A stretch of DNA of 63,860 nucleotides, counting the filler. It is 17 parts of 17 records of this genome, joined end to end, with 100 filler letters (N's around TTAATTAATTAA, not from the genome) between each part and the next. Parts side by side here need not be neighbours in the genome. Positions count along the whole stretch, not along the records: positions 11,228 to 14,357 come from SRR7504441_108355; positions 14,458 to 19,101 come from SRR7504441_108584; positions 19,202 to 23,713 come from SRR7504441_108588; 14 more parts are not named here. One strand, written 5' to 3'. Below, piece by piece: positions 11,228-22,084 of this stretch. Position numbers and translations under genes: made by a program. The notes beneath the pieces are model-generated. The model was not told where the DNA came from and did no database searches. It saw nothing but the letters and a program-made list of their open reading frames with translations. Position 1 is the first letter of the stretch; the number at the start of each line of letters is the position of its first letter.

Positions 11228-13723
11228 CTTAGACAACATATTGACACGAGAGGCTAAAGAAGTGTTCATCAAAGCACCGCCTGGTCCGTTGGTTGGCACT
11301 CTAGATGCCAGCGCGGCTCTGCGGGCACCCAACACGGCGCCTGGAGCCCAGCCCCGTGAAAACTCGCCCGTGTCTGTGAGGACTTTGCGAATAGGTGGCG
11401 CTGGAGTCACGTCACGTTTCATCAGCCCCGTCCAGGCTTCAAATAGACCACTGGTGTGGTTCCGAATCAGCAGCTCCTCGCCATACGCCTCGCCATCCAC
11501 GTCCAGCCAAACACTGGCTACCTGTGCAGGCTGTGCTACGTAATCCCTGGTAGGCAGTGATAGGACCACTGGCGCCGATGCGGCGGACAAGGCTTGTACA
11601 GAGACTATCAGCCTGTCTGTGTCCATTCTGGTGAGGGCCAGCTGGTCGAGATTACGAAGCCCTGTGATGGTTCTTGCTGCAGGAACCCTCACAGCAGCGA
11701 GAGAGACAAAACTTCCTGGGGAAACTCCTGCAGTGAGGCCAGCGAGCAGCTGTCCCAGGGCAGAGGTCGGCAGAATTGGTTGCGACTTAAAGTCCGCAGT
11801 CACCGATGATCCGTTAAGAATGGCATAGTATTCGAAAGTGAGTGTGGTGGTGCATGTTCGCGTGACCAGAAGCTCATCGGGGTCTCCTACTACCAGGGAT
11901 GGGGAAGGTTGAAGGACAGACCTGTTGAAGTTGCCACGGGTAACAGACCGAAACACACACCCGCTGCTGTCTCGAATTGGTAGGAAGAAAGCCGTGGGCG
12001 AGGACGGAACTCGACCACCCCAGCTAAAGTAGAACTCTAGTGACACCATCTGAGTGGATGTGTTCACTTTCACAACTATTTGCTCATCAACGAAGTCTCC
12101 AGTGAGCTCAACCCCCTCAGTATGCACCGTGTTTCCCTGCGTGACATGCTCAGGAAACACCGGCATCCTTCGCATCACCCACTGCCTACCGCCTTTAAAA
12201 CGGGAATCTGTATAGAAATCGAAAGCAAGCAGTCCCCCCTGCGCCACTGTATCATAGGACAGAAGGGTAGCCTGCCTGTAGCTCAGAGCGGGGTCGTCCG
12301 CAAGGTTGGCCATGAACCGGCTCTGATTCCTATCCCACACGGTGCCCAGATCTGGAGCTGCCAACGAGGAGTTCTGCCCCACTGACCTTGCCCCTGCTGC
12401 AAGTGCAAAGAGTGTCTCCTTCAGCCGACGGAGACTGATCCGCTCCTTGTGCGAAGCCGCACCGCCTGCCTGGCTCGGCGGATGCTCTAACTGCGAGGGG
12501 TCTCCAACTGGACACGGGCTGGGTATGGTGCAAGGGAAATATGAGTCGAAAAAGTACCAAGCCGGTTCGAAGTGGAGTACGTCTGCCTCCTGAGACACGG
12601 CGTAGCTCGCATACTGGGAGAGCACCTCGACGGGCGAGGCCATCTCTCCGTGGAAGCTGTACAGCCCGGTGAGATCATTTTCCCACTCCTGCCACAGCCA
12701 GGGCTGGTTGCTGATCCCCCACCCGTTCGGTCGGCCCCGCAGAGGGAACTGGGTGATGTTGCTAGCCCGCCAGTCCCACCCGTACCAGGTGGGCACGCCC
12801 GCCGCCGCAGAGGGCACCACAACCGACTCGAAATACTCCAGATCTTCCGGCGGCATCCCTGCGTTGTTCTCATAAGACAAGAGCGCCTTCTTCCCGAGCT
12901 TGAGAGCGGCGTAATCGGCAGTCGTCGAGCTGTTGGACTCCATCAGCTTCGCCAGGTAGTACGCGGGCGAAGCAGGGTGGTAGCTCCAGGGCTGCGGGTC
13001 GCGCATTGCATGCTCCAGCATCCAGGAATTGTCGTTGTGGAAGAAAATCAGATCGTTGGCCGCACAGGCATCGATGAACGCTCTGAACACAGCGGGAGAC
13101 AGCTGCATGCAGTCCTTGCCGCCGTCGCCCCGCCAAACTGAGTCACAGCCGTAAACCTCGTGGAACCGCACCCCGGTCAGAGCCAGGGGATAGGCTTTCT
13201 TGAGCGCAACCACTGTATCCACGTCGATCGAGAGCCCCAGGTGCTTCGAGGCATTGGCCGCCATGGTAAGCGGTGTCCAGGGCAGGCAGCCTGGGTCCCA
13301 GCAGCGGGAGCCGTTCTGCTGAGTCATGATCCCGCTGCTGTACACCTCCAGGAAGAATCCGACCCCGGCCCCGGGCTCCCGCCGCCTGGCTTCGAAGAAA
13401 CCCAGGATGAAATGCAGCACCGGGTGCACCCGCTTCAACGGGTCGTCGGCCCCACCCTCGGCGGTGGCGTTGTACAGGAATGTCGGATACATCAGCGCGT
13501 CGGTGGTGTACCCGGCCGCCGCGATCGGCATAAGCGCGCTGTGGATGTTCTCCAGCTGGCCCTGCAGGACTGCGAGCGTGCCGTTGCTCACCCGGCCGCC
13601 CCGGAGCAGCTCGACACCGAGTCCGTTGGGGAAGCCCTCGCTGATTTCCATCACGATCCGGGGCAGTCCGGCCGCGGAGAGCAGTAGCAGCCAGCCCAGC
13701 CCAGCCCGCAGAATAGCGCGCAT
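11228..13723 (-). CDS. Large secreted protein, putative glycoside-hydrolase-like TIM barrel plus FG-GAP-like C-terminus (3' partial)
   Basis: Signal peptide MRAILRAGLGWLLLLSAAG at ATG 13723 and about 830 aa open to the contig edge. Motifs GVRFHEVYG, WGISNQPWLW, LHFEPAWYFF, and acidic loops LTGDFVDEQIV and DVDGEAYGEELLI. Confidence 0.6.
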
Positions 13724-13784
13724 CGATGGGCACAGCGAAGAGCAGCCGTTGTTTACAACGGCATCAAGGAGGGTCCCCCGCCGG
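13724..13784. promoter_or_regulatory. 61-bp bidirectional promoter with perfect inverted repeat GCCGTTGT-TT-ACAACGGC
   Basis: Lies between divergent ATGs at 13723 (-) and 13785 (+). The inverted repeat at 13745-13762 carries two Myb-type AACGG cores. Confidence 0.55.
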
Positions 13785-14357
13785 ATGCCGCCTTGGGCGT
13801 CGCCATGCGACTGGCCCGGGCTGGCGGCACGACACAGCGCGCCACTCCCGCCAATCGGGGAGCTGTCGGGTCGGTTGCCGCCGGCGGTGCTGGACCAGAT
13901 CGAGCTGGACGTCCCCCGGACCTTCCCGGAACTCTTCCGATTCCGGGAGCAGCACCCACGGCTCCGGCGGGTGCTCCGGGCATACGCCGCGCACAACCCG
14001 GGGGTGGGGTACGCGCAGGGCCTCAACTATGTGGCCGGCTTCCTGCTGCTGAGGTTCCAGTCGGACCAGACCGCGCTGGACCTGCTCGGCTGCCTGCTCG
14101 CCCGGGCCGCCCCCGGGTACCACGCCCCCGGGATGGAGCCGCTCCTGCGGGACCAGGCGGTGCTGGCCGCGCTGATCCAACGGCATTTGCCGCACTGCCA
14201 TCGGCATCTCGCCCGGCTCGGGGTCTCTGTCACGCTACTTACTGTCCCGTGGCTCAGCTGCCTGTTCGTCGACGCGCTGCCGCCCGAGAGCGTCGAGCCG
14301 TTGTGGACCGAGCTGTTTCGGCACGGCCGGCGCGGGCTGATGCTGGCGATGCTCGGG
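13785..14357 (+). CDS. TBC (Rab-GAP) domain protein, 3' partial
   Basis: Catalytic fingers IELDVPRT (IxxDxxR) and GYAQGLN (YxQ), followed by WLSCLF and LW. Confidence 0.9.
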
Positions 14358-14603
14358 NNNNNNNNNNNNNNNNNNNNNNNNNNNNNNNNNNNNNNNNNNN
14401 NTTAATTAATTAANNNNNNNNNNNNNNNNNNNNNNNNNNNNNNNNNNNNNNNNNNNNACAAAAACAGACTTCAACTGGGCTAGAACGATTGATTGATATT
14501 ATTGAATCTTCCACCTTCTCTACACGAGAGTGAGCTGCTGATGAGCTGATGGATCTGGATGCATGAGTGATTCAACCGACGAGGACTCTTCAGAGCGACC
14601 AAG

Positions 14604-17600
14604 ATGCGGCTCGCCTCTCTGCTCCTGGTTCTCGTCGCGAAGCTGCGTCCGGGCGGCACCGTCGGGGAGGTCTCTACCGACGGTCCGCAGTTTTGTCCGG
14701 CCTGGGATACCTACAGCTACGAGTGCAACCCCCACCACTGCAACTGTCAGCAGTGCGGTACGGGAAGCTGCAAGGCGCACCTATGGTGGCACGACTGCCA
14801 CGGGTTTGACTGTGGGACGTGCTGGTGCCGGGGTCTGCGCTGCCCGTGTTGTTACTCCTCGCACGTGCCGTGCAACTGCCAGACCTGCCACGACACTTGC
14901 TACGCTTCCAGCTGCCCCTCCTCGCATCATTTTAGCATCAGCGCAATCAGCCACGCGATCGGGTCGCTGGGCCCCAACGGACACCAACCCACCGTGACCA
15001 TCACCGGCCAGGGGTTCGAGAACACCGGGGCCATCCGCTGCTGGTTTTTGCAACCGGCCCAAGTGCCGGGGTGTGTCTGGCCGAATGGGAAGGCGTCCAT
15101 GTGCCCCGGAGTTTGGAAACCCGCACAATTCGTGGACCAGAACACGCTCACCTGTGCGCTCGGGCAGGCTGACGCGTGGGTACCGGACGGCAAAACCAAG
15201 AACGCGCTGCAGCTTGAAGTGTCGATGGCGACCACTGTGGCAGACGGAGTGGAAGGCAACTGGGAGGGGCTGACCAACAACGGGCTCAACTTTGTCTGGT
15301 ACAAGTGCCCCCAGGACTGCTCGGGCCACGGGGACTGTACCCTTCCTACCGGCACACGGGACGCCGCGGTCTGCCAGTGCTTTGAGGGGTATTTCGGTGA
15401 CGGCTGCGCTGGGATCTGCCCAGGCGTGCGCCCTGGCACACCGGATGCCGCAGATATCTGCTCCGGACACGGGGAGTGCAGCGCCTCGGGCCTGTGCACC
15501 TGTGAGTATGGGTTCTTTGGGGACGCGTGCGAGCAGGAGTGCCCGGGGGGGTCTGGCACGCCGTGTTCTGGGCACGGGTCCTGCTCCGTATCTGGCCAAT
15601 GCATCTGCGAGAATGATTGGCGCGGAGAGACGTGCAGCCTGCACTGCCCGGTCACGACCAACGGAATCTGTGATGGGCATGGCGAATGCAACGCGGCGGG
15701 CAGCTGTGGCTGCCAACCTGGCTACTTCAACGAGGAGTGCAGCGAAGAATGCCCAGGAGGCTTCCAGAGACCGTGCAGTGGGCACGGAGCCTGTCTGGCG
15801 ACAGGCGAGTGCCTGTGTGACGCAGGTTGGGTGCACGTGGATTGCTCGAATCAAGGCTCCTGCAACGGAGACCAGCACTGCACATGTGCCAACCCGTATG
15901 CAAAGTTTGGCCCTGGTTGCGACGAGGACTGTGACTGTTCCATGCATGGCAAATGCAGCTTCTCCGGAGCTTGTGACTGCGACGAGGGCTACTGGGGTCC
16001 CAAGTGTGCCAATATTTGCCCGGGCGGGGTAGGCGCTGACAGCTGCTCTGGGCATGGCGTTTGCTCCAAGCTAGATGGGACCTGTACTTGTCACCGAGGC
16101 CATGGAGGCACTGAATGCAACACCGCGTGCCCAACCCAGCTGGCCAGGGCCTCGGACACCACCTGGACCCCGGGCACAGTCACATGTCAGGCAGTGATAG
16201 ATACCTACCCCGGATATTACGGCCGGCGCCGCTCCATCCAGGGAACTGTGACAGTCTCCAACGTGGATGCCTCCGGCGCTCTCAAACTGGACTACGATCT
16301 GAGTGGCCTCCCGGCAGGCAGCAGTGGCGGCCTGCACATCCATGCCGGGCACACATGCGAGGACGAGCATCTGGTTGGCCGGCACTATTACACCCCGAAT
16401 GGCCCAGGCGATCCGGATCCATGGAGCTCCACTTATGCTGTAACCTCAAGCCAGGGCAGTACACAAGGGTCTGTCGAGGTGACATGCGGCTTCCGCCTGG
16501 AACCAAGCGCCCCAACTGTGCGTGAACACGTGGTGGTGGTCCACAACAACGCCATTCGGGCAGAGCCGTCAGACAGGCTCGGGTGTGGGATCATCAGATG
16601 CGGGCGGACAGATGCGCTTCCCGAGCTGTGTGGTGGTGCAGAGAGCGGCACATGCAATGAGGAAGGGCACTGTGTCTGCAACCACGGTCACTGGAGGCCA
16701 GACTGCTCTGGCGAGTGCCCCATCAACAGTGCTGGCCAAGTCTGCAACGCGCATGGAAACTGCTCTCTTGTCGATGGGCTCTGCAGCTGCAAGTCAGGCT
16801 GGACTGGAGATGGTTGTCAGCTAACATGCCCGGGCAATATTGACCAAGGCAGTGGGCTGACACCATGCAGTGGCCATGGGCATTGCCTCAATGACGGGAC
16901 CTGCTCCTGTATCAAGGGGTATTTCAACGCCAGCTGCAATGGTGTCTGTCCAGGTTTTGATGCGCACCTCGGTGCTTGCTCAGGGCATGGCACTTGCTCC
17001 ATCCATGACGGCACCTGTGCCTGCCAAAACGGTTACTTTGGTGAAGATTGTGCTGGTCACTGCCCACTGGATAACTTGGGGCATATCTGTGGAGGCCATG
17101 GCTTCTGCCTATCTGATGGCTCGTGTCGCTGTGACTATGGGTGGAATAAGAATGGTGCCGGCGCGTGCACTCTTCAGTGCCCAGGTGGGGCTGCAAATCC
17201 CTGCTTCGGTCATGGCCGGTGTGAAGACCAAGGTAGCTGTTCTTGCACTCCTGGATATGCTGGCAATGACTGCAACGCGCCATGCCCATCATCGGACCCG
17301 GCAGTGCCACCATGCAATTTCCCCAACGGGATTTGCCAACCAGCCAACAACACATGCACTTGCAACGAGCCATTCGGCGGCGCAGACTGCACTGAGACAA
17401 GCTGTCCGGGCAATTGCAACCAACGAGGCGTGTGCCACGGCTCTGAAGGATGCCGCTGCGAGTTTGGGTACTATGGGCTTGCATGTGAGGGATTGTGTCC
17501 AGGTGGCGACCAACAACCCTGCGGTGGAGTGCAACGTGGGGTATGTGACACCTTGACAGGCGTCTGCGCTTGCTTTCCTGGCTACTTCGGCGAAGATTGC

Positions 17601-18386
17601 AGTGAGACCTGTCCAGAGACTGCAGCTGGTGTCTGCAATCTAGAAGGCAACTGCGGAGAGGATGGCCTTTGTCAGTGCTATTCCGGCTGGTATGGCGACG
17701 GCTGTGAGAGCAAGATGACTTCTGCTGTGCCTGCGTCAAATGTGGATATCTACGTACGCAACTGCAGACCAAATGATGCCGCGTGGTTATTTGGCATGCA
17801 AGAAGCTATCGCCGCAGTTTTTGGCGTCGTACCGCAGCGACTCGACATGAAGACTTGCTATGATCAAAGCCCTGGGTCTGCGTTGCAGGTGCTCCCAGTC
17901 GAGATACTTGGAATTCCTGGACGTGTGACATCACTGGCACTGGCACAAAACATTTCCGCGGTGCTAACTGCGACGCCCAAGGTACTTGGCGAAGCCTTCG
18001 AGGTTCAGAGTGCTGAAATACACAAGAAGGCTGAGGCGCCTGTTACTTCAGATGGAATCTCTAATGGGACCATTATTGGCCTTCTCTTTGGCGTGGCAAT
18101 CGCAGTTGCTCTGGTTGTCATTGTGTACTTCAAATGGGATGCGGTTCAGGCAGTAGGCCGTCACGTTCGTCGCCTCGTGAAAACCAAGATCTGGGGCCAG
18201 CAATTGGATGTTGATGAGGACGAAGGTACGATGTACGGCGATGGTCACACCGGTGCCATGCACAAAGCGAACACTGAGATTACATATGAACTGGATGGTG
18301 CGCATGCCGCAACCGATACCGATAATTACACTCCACAAATATCGATCCCTGAGAGAGTCAAGGCAGAGCCTCACGCAAACCTTTAG
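14604..18386 (+). CDS. Type I membrane protein with IPT/TIG-like domain, many EGF-like repeats and an embedded SOD1-family domain
   Basis: 1260-aa single ORF with a signal-like N-terminus and repeated CSGHGxC...CxCxxGYFGxxC units. SOD motifs at about 16180-16600, and C-terminal TM helix IIGLLFGVAIAVALVVIVYF. Confidence 0.9.
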   Translation: MRLASLLLVLVAKLRPGGTVGEVSTDGPQFCPAWDTYSYECNPHHCNCQQCGTGSCKAHLWWHDCHGFDCGTCWCRGLRCPCCYSSHVPCNCQTCHDTCYASSCPSSHHFSISAISHAIGSLGPNGHQPTVTITGQGFENTGAIRCWFLQPAQVPGCVWPNGKASMCPGVWKPAQFVDQNTLTCALGQADAWVPDGKTKNALQLEVSMATTVADGVEGNWEGLTNNGLNFVWYKCPQDCSGHGDCTLPTGTRDAAVCQCFEGYFGDGCAGICPGVRPGTPDAADICSGHGECSASGLCTCEYGFFGDACEQECPGGSGTPCSGHGSCSVSGQCICENDWRGETCSLHCPVTTNGICDGHGECNAAGSCGCQPGYFNEECSEECPGGFQRPCSGHGACLATGECLCDAGWVHVDCSNQGSCNGDQHCTCANPYAKFGPGCDEDCDCSMHGKCSFSGACDCDEGYWGPKCANICPGGVGADSCSGHGVCSKLDGTCTCHRGHGGTECNTACPTQLARASDTTWTPGTVTCQAVIDTYPGYYGRRRSIQGTVTVSNVDASGALKLDYDLSGLPAGSSGGLHIHAGHTCEDEHLVGRHYYTPNGPGDPDPWSSTYAVTSSQGSTQGSVEVTCGFRLEPSAPTVREHVVVVHNNAIRAEPSDRLGCGIIRCGRTDALPELCGGAESGTCNEEGHCVCNHGHWRPDCSGECPINSAGQVCNAHGNCSLVDGLCSCKSGWTGDGCQLTCPGNIDQGSGLTPCSGHGHCLNDGTCSCIKGYFNASCNGVCPGFDAHLGACSGHGTCSIHDGTCACQNGYFGEDCAGHCPLDNLGHICGGHGFCLSDGSCRCDYGWNKNGAGACTLQCPGGAANPCFGHGRCEDQGSCSCTPGYAGNDCNAPCPSSDPAVPPCNFPNGICQPANNTCTCNEPFGGADCTETSCPGNCNQRGVCHGSEGCRCEFGYYGLACEGLCPGGDQQPCGGVQRGVCDTLTGVCACFPGYFGEDCSETCPETAAGVCNLEGNCGEDGLCQCYSGWYGDGCESKMTSAVPASNVDIYVRNCRPNDAAWLFGMQEAIAAVFGVVPQRLDMKTCYDQSPGSALQVLPVEILGIPGRVTSLALAQNISAVLTATPKVLGEAFEVQSAEIHKKAEAPVTSDGISNGTIIGLLFGVAIAVALVVIVYFKWDAVQAVGRHVRRLVKTKIWGQQLDVDEDEGTMYGDGHTGAMHKANTEITYELDGAHAATDTDNYTPQISIPERVKAEPHANL

Positions 18387-18641
18387 CTAGATTCCTTTGA
18401 TGAGCTCACACAGTTGCGGCTGTATGACTGTAATCCTAGAGTTTACATTTAGTTTAGATGACTAGACTATGACTAGACAGTCATGACTGTACCAAGTCTT
18501 GAATACGTCAAGTGAAAAGTATTTGCGACGAAAAGGAAATTAATGTATAAGCGTAGAAGCGGTAAGCGTCACTAATATAACGCGTCACACGTCACTAATA
18601 TAAAGATAAAGAACTACATGTAGCTAGTGTGCATACTAGTT

Positions 18642-19101
18642 TCAAAAGTTCACTTTAATCAACGAAATACTACATGTATTGATAATGTATTGAATCGAAT
18701 CAGATCGAATCAAATCAATGTTTCCCCTCCCACCTTAAGTGACAATGGGTCGTCCGCGTTGTTGCCATCTAGCTTGACATCGATCAAGGGCTCGTCCTTC
18801 TTCTCCTCCTTCTTTTCCTCTGCCTTCTTCACTTCATCGTCATTTGACACTGTACGCCCTTTGGGAGCCACCTTCTTCTTCTTCTTCTTGGCCTTCTTCT
18901 CCTCCTCAAACCAAGAGTCATCTTTCTCCTCCTCTGCAGCAGGCTCCTCCTCAGCTGCCGGTTCCTCTGGTGCGGCTGCTGGCTCTTCGGGAGACTTTTC
19001 CGTCTTCTGAACTGAACCTTTGAAAAAGCCACCTTTTCCTGCTGGCTCTGGTGCGGCTGCTGGCTCCTCCAGCGCAGCTGCTGGCTCCTCCGGCGCAGCT
19101 G
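18642..19101 (-). CDS. C-terminal low-complexity E/K/A/P-rich tail of an unknown protein (5' partial)
   Basis: Open frame with repeated EEPAAAP units and poly-K. The contig breaks inside the repeat. Confidence 0.55.
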
Positions 19102-19713
19102 NNNNNNNNNNNNNNNNNNNNNNNNNNNNNNNNNNNNNNNNNNNNTTAATTAATTAANNNNNNNNNNNNNNNNNNNNNNNNNNNNNNNNNNNNNNNNNNN
19201 NAGGCTCCGAATCTGGTTGAAAAATTTTGCCAGAGCTTTGGAACCGGATAGGCCACGCAAAACCACCAACGCCAGCGCTCCCCACAATTACACAGAGGAC
19301 CGGGACGGCTGCCAGGTAGTGCCATTGAACGAAGCTATAGTTGACGAATACTATCCCAAGGAAGTCAAACCGGAAGCTTCTATGGTGGTGATGGCGAGTA
19401 GTCCCTCGCCGCCTCGCTTTAGAGGCCGGAGATCCACCAACAGATGGGCGCGCCACCACCTCACACTGAAATCGCGATGGGTGACAAGGCATTTGGACAT
19501 GCATTCAGCTTGATGACAGTAGGTGCAGCGCGTATGCAGCGCGCACCCCAGCCCTGGTGAATACAGTGCCCCGGCGTGTCTGCATGACAAGAGTACCTGG
19601 TAGGGCACAACAACAACAGCGGCAACGGCAACGCCCTGACGGCCCGACACTACCGGCACTGCAGTGCGGCGCACGGCTGTCCTCGGCACGCTGTAGCAGC
19701 TGCGCTGGTCCGC

Positions 19714-21734
19714 ATGGGGAAAGCCGCCACGCAAGGCGGACGGAAGCGCAAGGACTGGTGTTGCGGCACATGTGGCAATTTCAACTTCGCGTTCCGCCAG
19801 GTCTGCAACAAGTGCCAGGCACCCGGAGGGCCCGGGCCGGCCGCCGACGGCGAGGCCGTTGCCTCCCCGCACAAGGCGATCGATAAGGGCAAGGGGCGGC
19901 GCAAGGGCAAGGGCCCGAGGCTGAAGGGTCCGAGGCAGCGGGTGAAGAAGCTGACTCAGGAAATCGTAAGCGCTGCCCGCCCCACCCGCGGGGCTGAGTG
20001 CCCGCTGGCCAGGTCAAGTTCGCCAAGCGGAAGCGACTCGGGGAGGCCAAGCGCGTTTTTGAGCGGCTCGAGGCCGAGGGGCTGGAGCCGTCGTTGCTGA
20101 CCTACTCCACGTTCATCAACGCGCACGTGGCAAGCGGGGACATGATTGGGGCTGAAAAGGTCTTCCGGCAGATGCAGGCCGCGGGGATAGCGGCAAACAG
20201 TGTCATCTACAACACGCTGTTCAAGGGCTACTGCGTTGCTGGGAATACAGCCCGCACCGGCCAGCTGCTCCAGCAGATGGCTGCGCAGCACGTGGATCCG
20301 GATACAAACACTGTGAATGCGCACCTGAGCGGCTGCCTGCGTGCGGGGGATGTCCAAGACGCGCAGGCGGTGTTTGCCCAGATGGCAGACTGCTGGGCTG
20401 CCGAGCCAGATTTCTTCACATACAAGCGTGTGGTGCAGATTCTGTCTCGTGGGCTGCGGCTTGACGACGTGAGGAAGATACGCAAACGGCTGCGCCGAAT
20501 AGAATCTGGCAGAGAAACGAGTCCAGTCGGGAGCGCTGGGATTCAAGCGGCGCTGGTCTGGCTGCACTTGCATCACGGGGTGTCTGCAGCTTTGCTTGGG
20601 CTGTGGTCGAGCAGCCGGAAGGCCTTGGCGCAGCTTGAAGCCTTGGGGGCGGCTGTGGCTGTGGCCCCTGAGGTCCATCTAGCCCGGAGCTCTTATTCGG
20701 AGAGAGGCCAGCATGAGGAGAGAGGCCAGCACGAGTTCCATCTCCGCGTCTTTGAAGGAGAGATGCGGCGTTTGAGGCAATTTCTTGAGGTCCAGCAGGT
20801 GGCATCAGATCGAGCGCGCGACGACTCAGTTCCGGCTCCAGAGCTGCTCGGCCCTTTGAGTAAGACCTTCATCTTCGGGGCGCACACAGATGCCCAGGGC
20901 CGTCTGCAAGCCGGCGACGAGATCGGCTCACAGCCAGCCAGTGATCTGGCTGCTGGTTTAGCCAAGGCGCTCACTCTGACCTTCGGGCTCGATGTGTGTG
21001 CTGATCGTGGGCTGGTTAGTGTCTCCAACATGGAGAAAAGGTTCCGCAGGCGGCTGCACAACGGGCGATTAGACTGGCAAAGGATGTTCAAATCCAAGCA
21101 CCAGGATGCCACAGACCTTCCGATGAAATTAGAAATTTGCTCCGGATTCGGCGAGTGGGTGGTGGCCCAGGCTCAAGCTGAGCGAGGGGTTGCCAACTGG
21201 GGGGCTCTCGAACTGCGATACGATCGACTACACTGTATCTTCTCCAGGATTGTCTTTGAGAATGTAAGTAATCTATGCGCAATTGGCGGGGATGCGGCTC
21301 AGATCCTTTCTAGTTATATCCAGCCTGGGTCTGTGGCCCATGTGTTTATTAACTTCCCAGAGCCGCCCCAGACTGACATGACGAAAAAGGCCGAGTCGAT
21401 GATCCATCTGCTCACCCCCAGCTTCTTCAAGGACATGCACGCCATCCTTTGCCCAGGGGGGCGTGTGACGATTCTACATGATGAGCAAAAGTACTGCTGC
21501 TTGCTGGCCCGGACTATTGCATCGCTGAACAGGGAACATGGCAGCATGTTTGAGTCTGTGGTTGGCTTGCGAGGCAAAGGCAAGAGTAAGGAGGACTTTG
21601 AGGATGTTGAGGGCATTCGGCTATATCACGGAGCTCCGGGAAAGAGAAGTGGCCATGTTGTCACCTCGGCATCGTATTTTGATCAGCTATGGAAGACAAA
21701 GCAACGGTACTTTCTTGTTCTAGCAAAAACATAA
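19714..21734 (+). CDS. RanBP2-type Zn finger + PPR repeats + TrmB-like tRNA (guanine-N7) methyltransferase (PPR-TGM type)
   Basis: DWCCGTCGNFNFAFRQVCNKC, then a 47-nt intron at about 19966-20012, then PPR units (TYSTFINAHV, IYNTLFKGYC). TrmB motifs LEICSGFGEW, GGDA, FINFPEPP and LCPGG. Confidence 0.88.
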
Positions 21735-22084
21735 TTCCTGTGGTGTTGAGCTTCAATTGCACGGATAGCTGGATAAATACTTGTACATGTAAATAATCCT
21801 GATAAATACTCCTACATGTACCCATCGTACATTAATTTTATTGAAGCGACATGTTTGTGCGATTATCGGGTCATGGTTAGTGTATACCGGGTCTTGCTGT
21901 CTTGAGGGTTAGGCATATGCATAAAACCGAGGAGACAGTTCAACGATACGGTATAGTATAGCTATAGGACAACGAAAAGCGTAGGGTTAGGGTATAATTA
22001 TGTATACATGTAGTATTTAATCTCTTTATGATATACAGCGTTCAGGCCAAGACTCCAAGGCCTTTACAAGAGAGCTCCAATGGT

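Noticed and set aside
13326-14026. Apparent long antisense overlap between the 948-aa and 359-aa ORFs
   Set aside because: The likely starts are 13723 (-, signal peptide) and 13785 (+, TBC). The extensions are stop-poor GC-rich shadow frames.
14781-17772. Long minus-strand ORFs opposite the EGF gene (and similar shadow ORFs throughout)
   Set aside because: No motifs; expected from high GC and codon bias on the coding strand.
19202-19713. Possible gene fragment upstream of the PPR-TrmB gene
   Set aside because: Competing short ORFs on both strands, none with recognisable motifs or a convincing splice model.
21905-21992. GGGTTAGG and TAGGGTTAGGG telomere-like words
   Set aside because: Fewer than two full units each, in an AT-rich spacer. 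Not a telomere or a convincing interstitial array.
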